Origin: Bacteroidales bacterium UBA1237 | Lineage (GTDB): Bacteria; Bacteroidota; Bacteroidia; Bacteroidales; UBA932 | Reading direction: 5' to 3' | DNA length: 41,531 nt | Assembly (NCBI GenBank): GCA_002308935.1 | Contig: DBWN01000069.1 | Coordinates: 1 to 41,531 of the forward strand | In this document: piece after piece, positions 15,582 to 25,268 of the stretch | How the letters are laid out: every line of letters starts with the position of its first letter | Position numbering within the stretch: the first letter of the stretch is position 1 | Translations under genes and position numbers: made by a program | Notes under the pieces: model-generated | The model's database searches: none | What the model saw: the letters and a program-made list of their open reading frames with translations, nothing else | Told to the model about the DNA's origin: nothing

Positions 15582-18500
15582 TTAGAAGGAGAAGTTGAGA
15601 CCGAAGATGAAATTCCTTGTTGAAGGATAGGAGATACGGTCTGCGGCGAGGTTCTGACCGTAGGAAGCCTGCTGTGATTCAGGATCGTTTCCTTTGTACT
15701 TGGTGAGGGTGAGAAGGTTCTCAGCTGAACCGTATATCCTCAGGCCCTTGATATGGAGGGCGTCAAGCACCTTCTTGGGCATGGTGTAACCTAACTGGAG
15801 CTGTTTGAGCTTGAAGTAGGATGCATCAAACACGAAGAAGTCAGAGTTCGGGAATTCAGTTGACCTTACGACGGTCGGCTTAGGATATGTAGCGTTAGCT
15901 GCGTTGGATGAGGTCCATCTTCCCTCATACATGAACAGAGGAACGTTCATCATGGGGAGGTCATCACGGTAGACTCCAAGCCACCTGCTGACACCCTGTA
16001 CTCCGCTTCCGAAGATTGTGAAGTCGACGTTCTTGTACTTGAGAGCGATGGTGATACCGTAGGTGAAGTCAGGAATACTGCTTCCCAGGTAGTCACGTCC
16101 GTCATCGGTTCCGAGTTCGTCACCGGTCATGTAGATCGCATTACCCTTATCATCGAAACCTTTGTGGCGGTATCCGCGGATGTACCATGAAGGATATCCT
16201 TCCTCAAGGCAGGCGATTCCGCTCATAGCCCTCTGGGGACCTCTAGGAGACTCGACGACCAGGTTCTTGACGGTTGCAAGGTTAGCTGAAATGCTGTAGT
16301 TGAAGTCTTTGCCTACATTCTGCTTCCAGGTAGCGTCGAATTCCCAACCGGAGTTCTGGACCTTACCCCTGTTCACATAAGTGGTGGATGCACCGGAAAC
16401 GGCGGGAGCGGTGATCGACTGGAGCATGTTGGTGGTCTGCTTGTTATAGTAGTCGATTCCGAGGGTGAGTTTGTCGTTGAAGAAGCGGGCGTCGAGACCT
16501 ACGTCAACCTGCCTTGACTCTTCCCATTTGAGGTTCTCGTTGGCAAGGATTGTTGAAGGGTTGGCGTTTGTGATGAGGCCGGTGTCGTTCATGTTGTACT
16601 GTCCGCTGAGCGACATTGCTGTAGTGTACTGGAAGTCGCTAAGGGAGTTGATGTTACCGTTGATACCCCAAGATGCCCTGAGTTTGAGGAAGGAGATGGC
16701 GTTGCGGCCGATGTTGTTCTTGAAGAATCCTTCATTTGAGATAGTCCATCCAGCGGAAACTGAAGGGAAGTATCCCCAGCGGCTCTTCTTGGAGAGCTTG
16801 GATGAGTCATATGCGTCAGCACGGAAACTTGCCTGTACATTGTACCTGTTGTCATAGGTGTAACCTGCACGGGCGAAGTATGACATGTTGTAACGGTTGT
16901 AGTCCGATCCTCCCATGACCCTGGTGGATGCAGTTGTAAGGTAGTACTGCAGATAGCGGAAGTTCTCGGCGGTATTGGTCAGACCGTTGGCCCTGGCGTT
17001 GATGCTCTCGGAACGTGTCTGTGAGAAATCCATACCGGCCATGACATTGACTTCATGCTTTCCTGCGAAGGTGTGGTTCCAGTTTGCGAAATTCTCCCAC
17101 TGGTAGTAAATGTTGTTGGATGAAGTTCCCATTATGACCGGGCTGGTCATTGACTGGGACGGGTTGATCCAGTAGGTGGGGTGGTAGCCCTTTCCGTAGG
17201 TGTTGCCCATACGGTAACCGAGACGGGATGTGAATACGATCTCCTTGAAGAGGGTGGCGTTGGCGTAGATTGTTCCGTTTACATTGAACCTGTAAGTCTC
17301 GAAAGGCTGGTTCGTGAAGAAGAACGAAGTGACGACATTCCTCATAAGCAGAGGGTTCCACAGGTTGGAGTTGAACAGGAGTGACTGTCCGTACATCCTT
17401 CCCTGTTCATCACGCCATACGGGGAATCCCTGTGCTTCGGCCTGAAGAAGTCCGGTAGCTGCGGGGATCTCGCTGTCGCTGTTATAGAAGACAGGAGTAG
17501 TAGGGTCGTAGTAGTATGCACCACCGATTGCGGAACCGGTTGATGCGAAACCGATGTTGCTGGAAACGGTGTGGGTGTAACCTCTTTCAATGGAGTTGTT
17601 GGTTCCGACCTTGAGCCAAGGCTTTACCTGATAGCTCACATTGATCTGTCCGGAAACCCTCCTGTTGACATCGTAGTCACCGGTCACAAGACCGTTGTTG
17701 TCAGTATAGGTTGCGTCGACATAGTAGGAGAAACGGTTGTTACCGCCCTGGAATCCTACAGTATGGCGCTGCATGATACCGGTCTCGAACACGACGTCCT
17801 GCCAGTTGGTGTCAGCGTTCTGGAAGAGGTCGTCCGTGTAGTTGGGATTAGCCTCCTGCCAGTAGGTCTTGAACTGGGAAGCGTTCAGCATCTGGATGTT
17901 CTGCAAAGGTTTCTGGAAAGTGACCATGGCGTTGTAGAACACCCTGACGTTTCCTTCGCTTCCGCTCTTGGTGGTGATAAGGACGACACCGTTACCAGCC
18001 TGTGATCCGTAGATAGCTGCGGAGGCTGCGTCCTTGAGGACCTCGATGGACTCGACTGATTCAGGATCGAGATAGTCGATATTCCTGACTTTCAGACCGT
18101 CAACGATGAGAAGAGGGTCAGGACTTGAGTTGGTTGAGGAATAACCTCTGATACGGAATGCGGATGAAGCACCAGGAGCACCTGAAGTGGTGACGATCTG
18201 GACACCGGCGAGCTTTCCCTGAAGGGCGCTACCCACGTTCTCGTTCGAACGGTTCTCGATCGCTTCGGATTTGACCTGTGCGATAGCTCCGGTGACATTG
18301 CTCTTTTTCTGTACACCGTAACCCACGACGACCGTTTCCTCAAGGAATTCGTTGTCCTCGACAAGGGTTATGGTTGAAGGTACATTCGCGGCGGCGAAGG
18401 TCTGCGTGGCGTAGCCGATGCAGCTGATCTCCACTACGGAGTTGTTCGCGACGGTCAGGGTGAATTTACCGTCAAGGTCAGTTGACACTCCGTTGGTTGT

Positions 18501-18650
18501 ACCTCTTTCGATTACCGTCGCTCCCACAATAGGGCCGGCGGCGTCCTCGACTGTTCCTCTGATCGTCCTCTGTGCGAAAGCCGAGAAGGCTGTCGCCATC
18601 ATCAGGACGATTCCAAGGATCACGTGTTTTGTGTGATTGTGTTGGAACAT
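15582..18650 (-). CDS. SusC/RagA family TonB-dependent transporter
   Basis: N-terminal carboxypeptidase-regulatory-like domain; VVVGYG; plug motif IEVLKDAASAAIYGSQAGNGVVLITTK; LKWEES; C-terminal FGLNFSF. Confidence 0.97.
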   Translation of the reverse strand: MFQHNHTKHVILGIVLMMATAFSAFAQRTIRGTVEDAAGPIVGATVIERGTTNGVSTDLDGKFTLTVANNSVVEISCIGYATQTFAAANVPSTITLVEDNEFLEETVVVGYGVQKKSNVTGAIAQVKSEAIENRSNENVGSALQGKLAGVQIVTTSGAPGASSAFRIRGYSSTNSSPDPLLIVDGLKVRNIDYLDPESVESIEVLKDAASAAIYGSQAGNGVVLITTKSGSEGNVRVFYNAMVTFQKPLQNIQMLNASQFKTYWQEANPNYTDDLFQNADTNWQDVVFETGIMQRHTVGFQGGNNRFSYYVDATYTDNNGLVTGDYDVNRRVSGQINVSYQVKPWLKVGTNNSIERGYTHTVSSNIGFASTGSAIGGAYYYDPTTPVFYNSDSEIPAATGLLQAEAQGFPVWRDEQGRMYGQSLLFNSNLWNPLLMRNVVTSFFFTNQPFETYRFNVNGTIYANATLFKEIVFTSRLGYRMGNTYGKGYHPTYWINPSQSMTSPVIMGTSSNNIYYQWENFANWNHTFAGKHEVNVMAGMDFSQTRSESINARANGLTNTAENFRYLQYYLTTASTRVMGGSDYNRYNMSYFARAGYTYDNRYNVQASFRADAYDSSKLSKKSRWGYFPSVSAGWTISNEGFFKNNIGRNAISFLKLRASWGINGNINSLSDFQYTTAMSLSGQYNMNDTGLITNANPSTILANENLKWEESRQVDVGLDARFFNDKLTLGIDYYNKQTTNMLQSITAPAVSGASTTYVNRGKVQNSGWEFDATWKQNVGKDFNYSISANLATVKNLVVESPRGPQRAMSGIACLEEGYPSWYIRGYRHKGFDDKGNAIYMTGDELGTDDGRDYLGSSIPDFTYGITIALKYKNVDFTIFGSGVQGVSRWLGVYRDDLPMMNVPLFMYEGRWTSSNAANATYPKPTVVRSTEFPNSDFFVFDASYFKLKQLQLGYTMPKKVLDALHIKGLRIYGSAENLLTLTKYKGNDPESQQASYGQNLAADRISYPSTRNFIFGLNFSF

Positions 18651-18751
18651 GATTGTAACAATTGAGTGGTTATTGGTTGATTGTAAAAAATGGTGTAATG
18701 TCAAAACAAAATTGCTGCTGCTCCAATGCAAAGGGTTTGTATAAAACGTTA

Positions 18752-18759
18752 CAAATTTA
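18752..18759 (-). promoter_or_regulatory. -7 promoter element for susC
   Basis: TAAATTTG on the minus strand, about 100 nt upstream of the probable ATG. Confidence 0.65.
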
Positions 18760-18912
18760 CTTGGTCGCGTCGATGAAGGCTTTCAAAATTCTTCATAGTT
18801 TTTGTACTTTTCTTGTAAAAGAAGAGTATATTTGTTTTTGAACTCAGATGAATTTGAAGATTTCTTCAGATATGTGAAGAAAGAATCAATTCCGTTATTG
18901 CCAACCAAACCT

Positions 18913-21900
18913 ATGTCACTGTTCACCTTCGGAAGAAAGATTCTGTCAGGAGTGCTTTTTTTTGCACTCTTGGTCTTGTGCGGCATTTCTTCCAGCGCTC
19001 AGGGTGATTTTTCTTCCTATTATATACATAATCCGTCGGTCTCTTATTCCGAGCCTCCGGGAATGGCTCTCGCTTTCGTGAGCGATTCTTTGGGCAGAAC
19101 CTGGATCGGAAAAGGGGACGGCCTGTGCTGCAACTACGGAAAGTTCCATCTGGTTTATTCCGGACAAGGGGATGGCCAGAGGCTTCCGGATTCACATATC
19201 AGGGACCTTTGTATCGGTGAAGACGGTAAATTGTGGATAGGAGACAATTCGGGTCTGCGGTACATGGAGGACGGCTCTTTCATTACACCCTGCCAGGAAA
19301 TCTCCTCAGTCGTCATGAGGGTGGTCCCGTATCCGGACGGAGGCGTCGTCTTCACTTCACTCGGCGGTGTGTTCAGGTACACTTCCCGGGGGGAACTGCT
19401 GAAATCCGGCCTTTTCGATCTGACATTCACTTCGTCTTTGGCGGTTTCACCTTCCGGAGAGATATGGAGCGCCACCCAGTACAGGGAGCTGAACCGTATC
19501 CATGTCCTGTCGCCTTCCCTTGAAGAAGTGAAGGATATTCCACTTCCTCTGAATGTTGATGTCCTGGACCTCTCGGTCACCCCTGAAGGGGACGTATGGG
19601 TCTCGACAGACGATGGAGTTATGGTTTTCTCGGGATCGACCTATGAAAGCATCGAAGTCCCGGATGCGGTAAGGTCCATTACCGAAGGGGAAAGGGTGCT
19701 TTTCGCTCGTCCATCCTTTGGAACCATGCTTTTGGGCATCAGAGGCAAGGGCATCCACGCTTATCTCGCTTCGACCGGAAAGACGTACCATGTGTTCCAG
19801 GAAGAGAACCTTGACGCCTGGACATATACCGTTTATATTTCTCCGCAGGGGAGGATATGGCTGAGTGATGAAAAGGGACCTTCGAAGAGCTACTGGGCAA
19901 TAGAAGATTTCCCGAACCTGTTCCCTGCCATCCAACCTGATTATCACTCGTTCTCCAATGAAATGGCCGCCGATTCACGTGGTAATCTCTGGATAGCGAG
20001 AGGGGAGTGGCTTCTCGGGTATGATCCGCTCCGGGATACGGTGTTCCAGAAGATCCGCTCGAAGACCGGGTTCATCTCCGCCACTGTTGACGACAGTGAC
20101 CGCCTTTGGACCATGGTGGGCAGGGGTGAGATCAGCATGTATGAAATAAAGGAAGGGAACGCGTCTTTCGTCGATCACCGGAAATTGAACAACGATTCCA
20201 TCCGTTCACTGGATACGGATCCTGACGGGAACGTGTGGGTTTTCCTGGAATCCGGTATCAAGGTGCTTCCTTCCGGCATCCGGCAGGAAATCACGCTTCC
20301 CCCTCTTGCCGGCGGGCTCGCCACAGTCATCAGGGACTCCGGATCGGGTGAATTGTATGCCCTGAGCTTCACACGGGATGTGTACCGCTGCAGGGATTCA
20401 CTCATGCTGCTGGGTTCCCTCCCGGAGAATCTCGGAAGTGTGACTTCCGTATGTACTCTTCAGGACGGGAAGGTTCTCATCGGGACCTCCCGTGACGGAG
20501 TGCATGTGAAGGAAGATGGGTGGGAATTCAGGAAGGATGAGAGATACCCTTCCGGGGAAATAAGGGGAATAGCTTCAGACCGGAACGGGATCATCTGGAT
20601 AGCCACTAAGAACAATATCCACAAATTCGAACCCTCGAACGGACACTTCACCACTTTCTTCTCATCCGGATTCTCCGCTGCAAGGCCGTATTCACGCGGT
20701 AGCGGGGTGATGGGCTCCGACGGAAACCTTTATTTCTGTGGGGAAGGCGGCGTGACGAAAGTGGATGTGACAAGGGAACTTCAGCCTCTTTCAGAAGCGG
20801 TCACTCTGATTGATTACGTCTCGGTCAACGGTACCCCCATGACCCCCGTCCCTTCTTCCCTCAGGCTCTCCCGCAAAGAAAACAATATCCGTTTCCTGTT
20901 CAGTCCTGTCGGAGGAAGTTCCCTGGGGAACCTCTCGTATTCATACAGGCTGAAGGGACTTGACAAGGAGTGGATATACACCGTAGGTCCTGAAGTCTCA
21001 TACACCTCTCTCCGCCCGGGGAAATACACTTTCATGGTACGTTCCGGGAACAACGGGGACTGGGGAAAGGAGTTGAGTTTTCCTGTAGTGATAAAGCCGC
21101 ATCCTTTGTGGTCAAATCTCTCCAAGCTCATTTACCTCGTGCTCCTGTTGGTCGCGGCCATGTATCTTATGCACCTGTACACGCAGATGAAGGTCCAGAA
21201 GCAGAAGGCGGAGGACGCTGAGGAAAGGGAAAAGATGAAGCAGGACGAGATCGACTACCTTACCAATGTCGCCCATGAACTCAGGAATCCGCTTACGATG
21301 ATCTACGGCCCTCTGAACCAGCTTTCTCAGGATTCAGATGTACCTGAAAAGGACAGGAACCTCATCAAGGCTTCCGCCAATGCTGCATCCAGACTCAGGG
21401 AGATAACTGACGAGATTCTGGATATATCAAGGCCTTCGGCTGATAAGGAAGCTCTCAAGGTCTCGGAATCAGATATATTCAGATATATCAGCGGGATATC
21501 CGAAGGCTTCAGATACGCTTTCAAGGATAAGAAGATAACATTCACTGCCAATATCCCTGAAGGGTTGCATGGGTGGGTGGATACCGACAAATTCTACAAG
21601 ATACTTGCTAACCTCCTTTCCAATGCGGTGAAATATACTCCTGAAGGAGGCAATGTGGAACTGAATGTGGCCGCTCCCGCAGATGACGGCATCCTCAGGG
21701 TTTCGGTCTCTGATGACGGCCCCGGAATCCCTAACGATAAAAGGGATGCTATATTCGGCAGGTTCGAAAGATTGGAAAGTGATGTTCAAGGAAGCGGAAT
21801 AGGATTGCATTATTCCCGTATGCTTGCCCGTCTGCATAAGGGCGACATCACACTTTCCGAATCCGCGGCAGAAGGCTCCTGCTTCACTTTCTCAGTTCCC

Positions 21901-22803
21901 GTATCAGAAGCCGCTTATTCTTCTGAGGAGAAAGTGCCCAATGTCTTCGAAACAGGTTTCTTCTCTGTTGAAAAGGACGATGTGCACAAGATGAACCCTT
22001 CGAAGAAGACCATATATCTCGTAGAGGACAATCCGGAGATCAGATCATACCTTGATTATCTTTTCCACGAAGCATACAATGTATACGCTGAACCTGATGC
22101 GGAAAGTGCCATGGAGAACATGAAAGTGGTTGTCCCGGATATCATCGTGAGCGATTACATCATGCCCGGGATGGATGGAATGGCGTTCTGCAAGGCTTTG
22201 AAGGACAATCCGGAATACCGTCTTATCCCGTTTGTGCTTCTGACCGGAAAGTCCGATTCCATGACTCATGCCCGGGGACTTGAAGGAGGAGCTGATTCAT
22301 TCATACCCAAGCCCTTCGACCCCAGTGTGCTGAAAGCTACCGTTGAGAGTCTGCTTCGTGCAAGGGAACAGTTCCAGAGCAAGGTCCTTTCGATGGATAC
22401 TGACGGCGCTCCCTCTGAAGATGATGAGGATATCCAGACCATCAGTGAAAGGGACCGTTCATTCCTCTCCAAACTCGCTTCCGAGGTGGGGGAGAACATT
22501 TCCAATGCCGGTTTCACCATCGACGAACTCTCCAAAAAGATGTTCATGAGCTACAGTTCCCTTTACGCCAGCACCAAGACTCTTACCGGTCTTACACCTC
22601 AGGCTTATCTGGTGCGTCGCAGAATGGAGGCGGCTAAGGACCTCGTTCTCGGGGGGAAGCATTCCATGACCGAGATATCAGAGATGGTAGGCTACGGTTC
22701 CCTGTCCCATTTCTCAAGGGAGTTCAAGAAATACTTCGGCGAGAATCCCAGCTCTTTCTCCGAATCCGGAATGAACCGGGACCACGCCAAGAGTGTCCAG
22801 TAG
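18913..22803 (+). CDS. Hybrid two-component sensor kinase/response regulator (AraC output)
   Basis: Signal peptide, beta-propeller repeats, Y_Y_Y domain (YSYRLKGLDKEW...LRPGKYTF), TM helix, AHELRNPL, NLLSNAVKY, DDGPGI, GSGIGL, receiver SDYIMPGMDG, AraC helix-turn-helix (VGYGSLSHFSREFKKYFG). Confidence 0.96.
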   Translation: MSLFTFGRKILSGVLFFALLVLCGISSSAQGDFSSYYIHNPSVSYSEPPGMALAFVSDSLGRTWIGKGDGLCCNYGKFHLVYSGQGDGQRLPDSHIRDLCIGEDGKLWIGDNSGLRYMEDGSFITPCQEISSVVMRVVPYPDGGVVFTSLGGVFRYTSRGELLKSGLFDLTFTSSLAVSPSGEIWSATQYRELNRIHVLSPSLEEVKDIPLPLNVDVLDLSVTPEGDVWVSTDDGVMVFSGSTYESIEVPDAVRSITEGERVLFARPSFGTMLLGIRGKGIHAYLASTGKTYHVFQEENLDAWTYTVYISPQGRIWLSDEKGPSKSYWAIEDFPNLFPAIQPDYHSFSNEMAADSRGNLWIARGEWLLGYDPLRDTVFQKIRSKTGFISATVDDSDRLWTMVGRGEISMYEIKEGNASFVDHRKLNNDSIRSLDTDPDGNVWVFLESGIKVLPSGIRQEITLPPLAGGLATVIRDSGSGELYALSFTRDVYRCRDSLMLLGSLPENLGSVTSVCTLQDGKVLIGTSRDGVHVKEDGWEFRKDERYPSGEIRGIASDRNGIIWIATKNNIHKFEPSNGHFTTFFSSGFSAARPYSRGSGVMGSDGNLYFCGEGGVTKVDVTRELQPLSEAVTLIDYVSVNGTPMTPVPSSLRLSRKENNIRFLFSPVGGSSLGNLSYSYRLKGLDKEWIYTVGPEVSYTSLRPGKYTFMVRSGNNGDWGKELSFPVVIKPHPLWSNLSKLIYLVLLLVAAMYLMHLYTQMKVQKQKAEDAEEREKMKQDEIDYLTNVAHELRNPLTMIYGPLNQLSQDSDVPEKDRNLIKASANAASRLREITDEILDISRPSADKEALKVSESDIFRYISGISEGFRYAFKDKKITFTANIPEGLHGWVDTDKFYKILANLLSNAVKYTPEGGNVELNVAAPADDGILRVSVSDDGPGIPNDKRDAIFGRFERLESDVQGSGIGLHYSRMLARLHKGDITLSESAAEGSCFTFSVPVSEAAYSSEEKVPNVFETGFFSVEKDDVHKMNPSKKTIYLVEDNPEIRSYLDYLFHEAYNVYAEPDAESAMENMKVVVPDIIVSDYIMPGMDGMAFCKALKDNPEYRLIPFVLLTGKSDSMTHARGLEGGADSFIPKPFDPSVLKATVESLLRAREQFQSKVLSMDTDGAPSEDDEDIQTISERDRSFLSKLASEVGENISNAGFTIDELSKKMFMSYSSLYASTKTLTGLTPQAYLVRRRMEAAKDLVLGGKHSMTEISEMVGYGSLSHFSREFKKYFGENPSSFSESGMNRDHAKSVQ

Positions 22804-22875
22804 AGATGTCATTTCAGGCACAGAATTGTTCTTATTTGTCCATTTCAGGGAAAATGCCTATCTTTCGGCTTGTAA

Positions 22876-22895
22876 TCGTCCGGATAACCGGACGA
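22876..22895 (+). other. Perfect hairpin in the leader of the amido synthetase operon
   Basis: TCGTCCGG-ATAA-CCGGACGA with no U tract, just after a near-consensus TATCTTTC element at 22859. Confidence 0.5.
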
Positions 22896-22927
22896 GATAG
22901 TACTACTAAAACACAAAACCTCTAGAA

Positions 22928-24622
22928 ATGAGCTTAAAAGGCATGTTAGTGGCCAATACCCTTCTCGGGATGGCAGGTGGTATCCAGTATCTGAATCTCA
23001 AAAAGGCGACCAAGGATCCCGCTGCTTCCAGTGAGAAGACCCTAAGGGCCATACTCGAGTACGCTAAAGATACCGTTTTCGGAAAAGAACACGATTTCGC
23101 ATACATTCTCGCCGCTGAATCCTCCAGCGAACTTTACAGAAGATACCAGGAAAAGGTCAAAACCTGTGACTATGAAGCTCTTCGCCCTTATGTGGAGCGT
23201 CACAAGCACGGAGAAACCGATATCCTTTTCCCCGGAAAGCCCGTCCTCTATGCGACAACTTCCGGAACGACTTCTGAGCCTAAATGGATTCCTATCACTG
23301 AGACATATCTTAAGAATATATACGGCAAGATGACCAAGTGCTGGCTGTTCAATTATATCAAGAACAGGCCAAGGGTCTTCAGCGGAAAGATTCTTTCCAT
23401 TGTCGGTAAGGTGATCGAGGGATACGCTCCCGACGGCACAGTCTTCGGCTCAGTCTCCGGTGTTACCCAAAGGGACTGCCCCGGATTCGTGAAGGCGCTC
23501 TACTCCAATCCTCAGTGCGTGTATTCCATAGCTGACTACAACGCAAGGTACTATGTTCTCATGAGGATGGGTATCGAGCAGGACATCACCCTCATCGTCA
23601 CCGCCAACCCTTCCACCATCGTGGAACTCCAGAACAATGTTAATGTCTTCTACGACGAATACGTGAAGGACATCGAGGCCGGAACACTCAGCGAAAAAGT
23701 GAAGATAGATCCTGAGATAAGGAAAGAGATAGAGGCTTGCCTCAAACCGAATCCCAAGCGTGCCGCTGAACTGCGTGCCTTGAAGGAGAAATACGGAAGG
23801 GTGCTTCCCAAGCACTACTGGCCGAACATGCAGATACTCAATACCTGGAAGTGCGGAAACACAGCCGTGTATCTGGACAAGTTCGAGGGCTCTTTCCCCG
23901 ACACCATGCTGTATCAGGAGTTCGGTTACTTCTCATCAGAGTGCCGTTTCGGACTTGTTCTTGATGACACCAACAATACCGTCCTTTTCCCTCATTTCCA
24001 TTACTATGAGTTCATAAAGGAAGAGGATCTGGAGAATCCCAACCCCGTTTACTATCAGCTTTCTGAACTGGAGCAGGGCAAACGTTATTGCCCCTTCGTC
24101 ACCACTTTCGCAGGACTCTACCGCTATAACATGAACGACCTTCTTGAGGTCGGACCTTGCTTCGGGAACACTCCTACTGTCCATATGATCCAGAAGGTGA
24201 ACGGCATCGTCACCATAACCGGTGAGAAACTCCATGAAAGGCAGTTCATCGCCGCAGTGAGGAAAGTGGAGAAGGAGATGGGACTTCCCGTACGCTTCTT
24301 CATCGGATTCGCTGACCTTGAGGCTTCCGCTTACAGGTGGTATTACGAATTCACGGACTGTGAGAACGTCACGCAGGAGCAGGCTGAGGAGTTCACCAGG
24401 AAGGTGGACGAGCAGCTGATGAAGGACAATATCGAGTACAAGGCCAAGAGGGTTTCCCTGCGTCTTAAGGATCCTATGACATACCGCCTTGTCAAAGAGT
24501 CGTTCGAGCAGTTCAAGGCCAGGTGCATCGCTGAAGGCGCAAGGGACGGACAGTTCAAACTGCAGCTCCTTCTCCAGGATGAAGACCGTCACGCCAAATT
24601 CAAGGATCTCGTAATCAAATAA
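22928..24622 (+). CDS. GH3 auxin-responsive family acyl-acid amido synthetase (adenylating enzyme; unrelated to glycoside hydrolase family 3)
   Basis: 564 aa with the three GH3 ATP-binding motifs TTSGTTSEPK, GYFSSE and GLYRYNMND, plus N-terminal DTVFGKEHDF and DYEALRPY. Confidence 0.9.
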   Translation: MSLKGMLVANTLLGMAGGIQYLNLKKATKDPAASSEKTLRAILEYAKDTVFGKEHDFAYILAAESSSELYRRYQEKVKTCDYEALRPYVERHKHGETDILFPGKPVLYATTSGTTSEPKWIPITETYLKNIYGKMTKCWLFNYIKNRPRVFSGKILSIVGKVIEGYAPDGTVFGSVSGVTQRDCPGFVKALYSNPQCVYSIADYNARYYVLMRMGIEQDITLIVTANPSTIVELQNNVNVFYDEYVKDIEAGTLSEKVKIDPEIRKEIEACLKPNPKRAAELRALKEKYGRVLPKHYWPNMQILNTWKCGNTAVYLDKFEGSFPDTMLYQEFGYFSSECRFGLVLDDTNNTVLFPHFHYYEFIKEEDLENPNPVYYQLSELEQGKRYCPFVTTFAGLYRYNMNDLLEVGPCFGNTPTVHMIQKVNGIVTITGEKLHERQFIAAVRKVEKEMGLPVRFFIGFADLEASAYRWYYEFTDCENVTQEQAEEFTRKVDEQLMKDNIEYKAKRVSLRLKDPMTYRLVKESFEQFKARCIAEGARDGQFKLQLLLQDEDRHAKFKDLVIK

Positions 24623-24636
24623 TCCGACCGGTCGCC

Positions 24637-25260
24637 ATAAGGACAAAGGCTGTCATATTCGATCTTGACGGGACCCTTTATGACAAGAAAGGGCTCCCCA
24701 AGTGGCTGATCCTTTCCCAGATCCCGTCACTCGGGGTCGGGAAACTCTCCCGTGAACGCAAGGCCAGGAAGACACTGATGGGTCGTGAGTTTTCATCCCC
24801 TCAAGCCTTCAGGGCGGCGTTTTTCGGTGAGATAGCCGGTTCCGGAGATGACCCTTCCAAGGTCGAGAAATGGTACAATGAGGACTACATGCCTTCAATG
24901 GTGAGAATCCTCTCAAGATACTTCACCGCTTATCCATGGGTGGAAAGGACCATCTTCATGCTGAAGAGCAAAGGCGTCAAGGTCGCCCTGCTGTCTGATT
25001 ACGGAATGGCCGAAGAGAAACTTTACGCTCTTGGCCTGTCTCCGGACCTTTTCGATGCCGGAGTGTACTCCGCATCTGACCTTGGAGGACTCAAACCCTG
25101 TCCCGTTCCTTTCCTCAAGATCGCTCATGCCATGGGGATCGATCCTTCGCTGATTACAGTTGTAGGTGACCGTGAAGACACTGACGGGGACGGAGCTGCG
25201 GCCGCAGGGATGAATTTCATCCTTGCCGGTGGAGACGTCCCTCCCGAAATACCTTTATAG
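24637..25260 (+). CDS. HAD-superfamily phosphatase (true start upstream of the ORF-track ATG; start codon non-canonical)
   Basis: In frame upstream of ATG 24778 the sequence reads (I)RTKAVIFDLDGTLYD (motif I). Later motifs ALLSD, KPCP and VGDREDTD. Start placed tentatively at ATA 24637. Confidence 0.8.
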   Translation: MRTKAVIFDLDGTLYDKKGLPKWLILSQIPSLGVGKLSRERKARKTLMGREFSSPQAFRAAFFGEIAGSGDDPSKVEKWYNEDYMPSMVRILSRYFTAYPWVERTIFMLKSKGVKVALLSDYGMAEEKLYALGLSPDLFDAGVYSASDLGGLKPCPVPFLKIAHAMGIDPSLITVVGDREDTDGDGAAAAGMNFILAGGDVPPEIPL

Positions 25261-25268
25261 TTATTATC

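Noticed and set aside
18651-18912. Upstream extensions of susC and the HTCS given by the ORF track (also dsbD, rny, bglX, GPx)
   Set aside because: The extensions run through leader, promoter or terminator DNA; the downstream ATGs give proper signal peptides or TM anchors.
22876-22895. Hairpin as a terminator or riboswitch
   Set aside because: No U tract and no aptamer-like context; kept only as a possible 5' stabilising hairpin.
23936-24646. 236-aa minus-strand ORF
   Set aside because: Antisense shadow of the amido synthetase gene.
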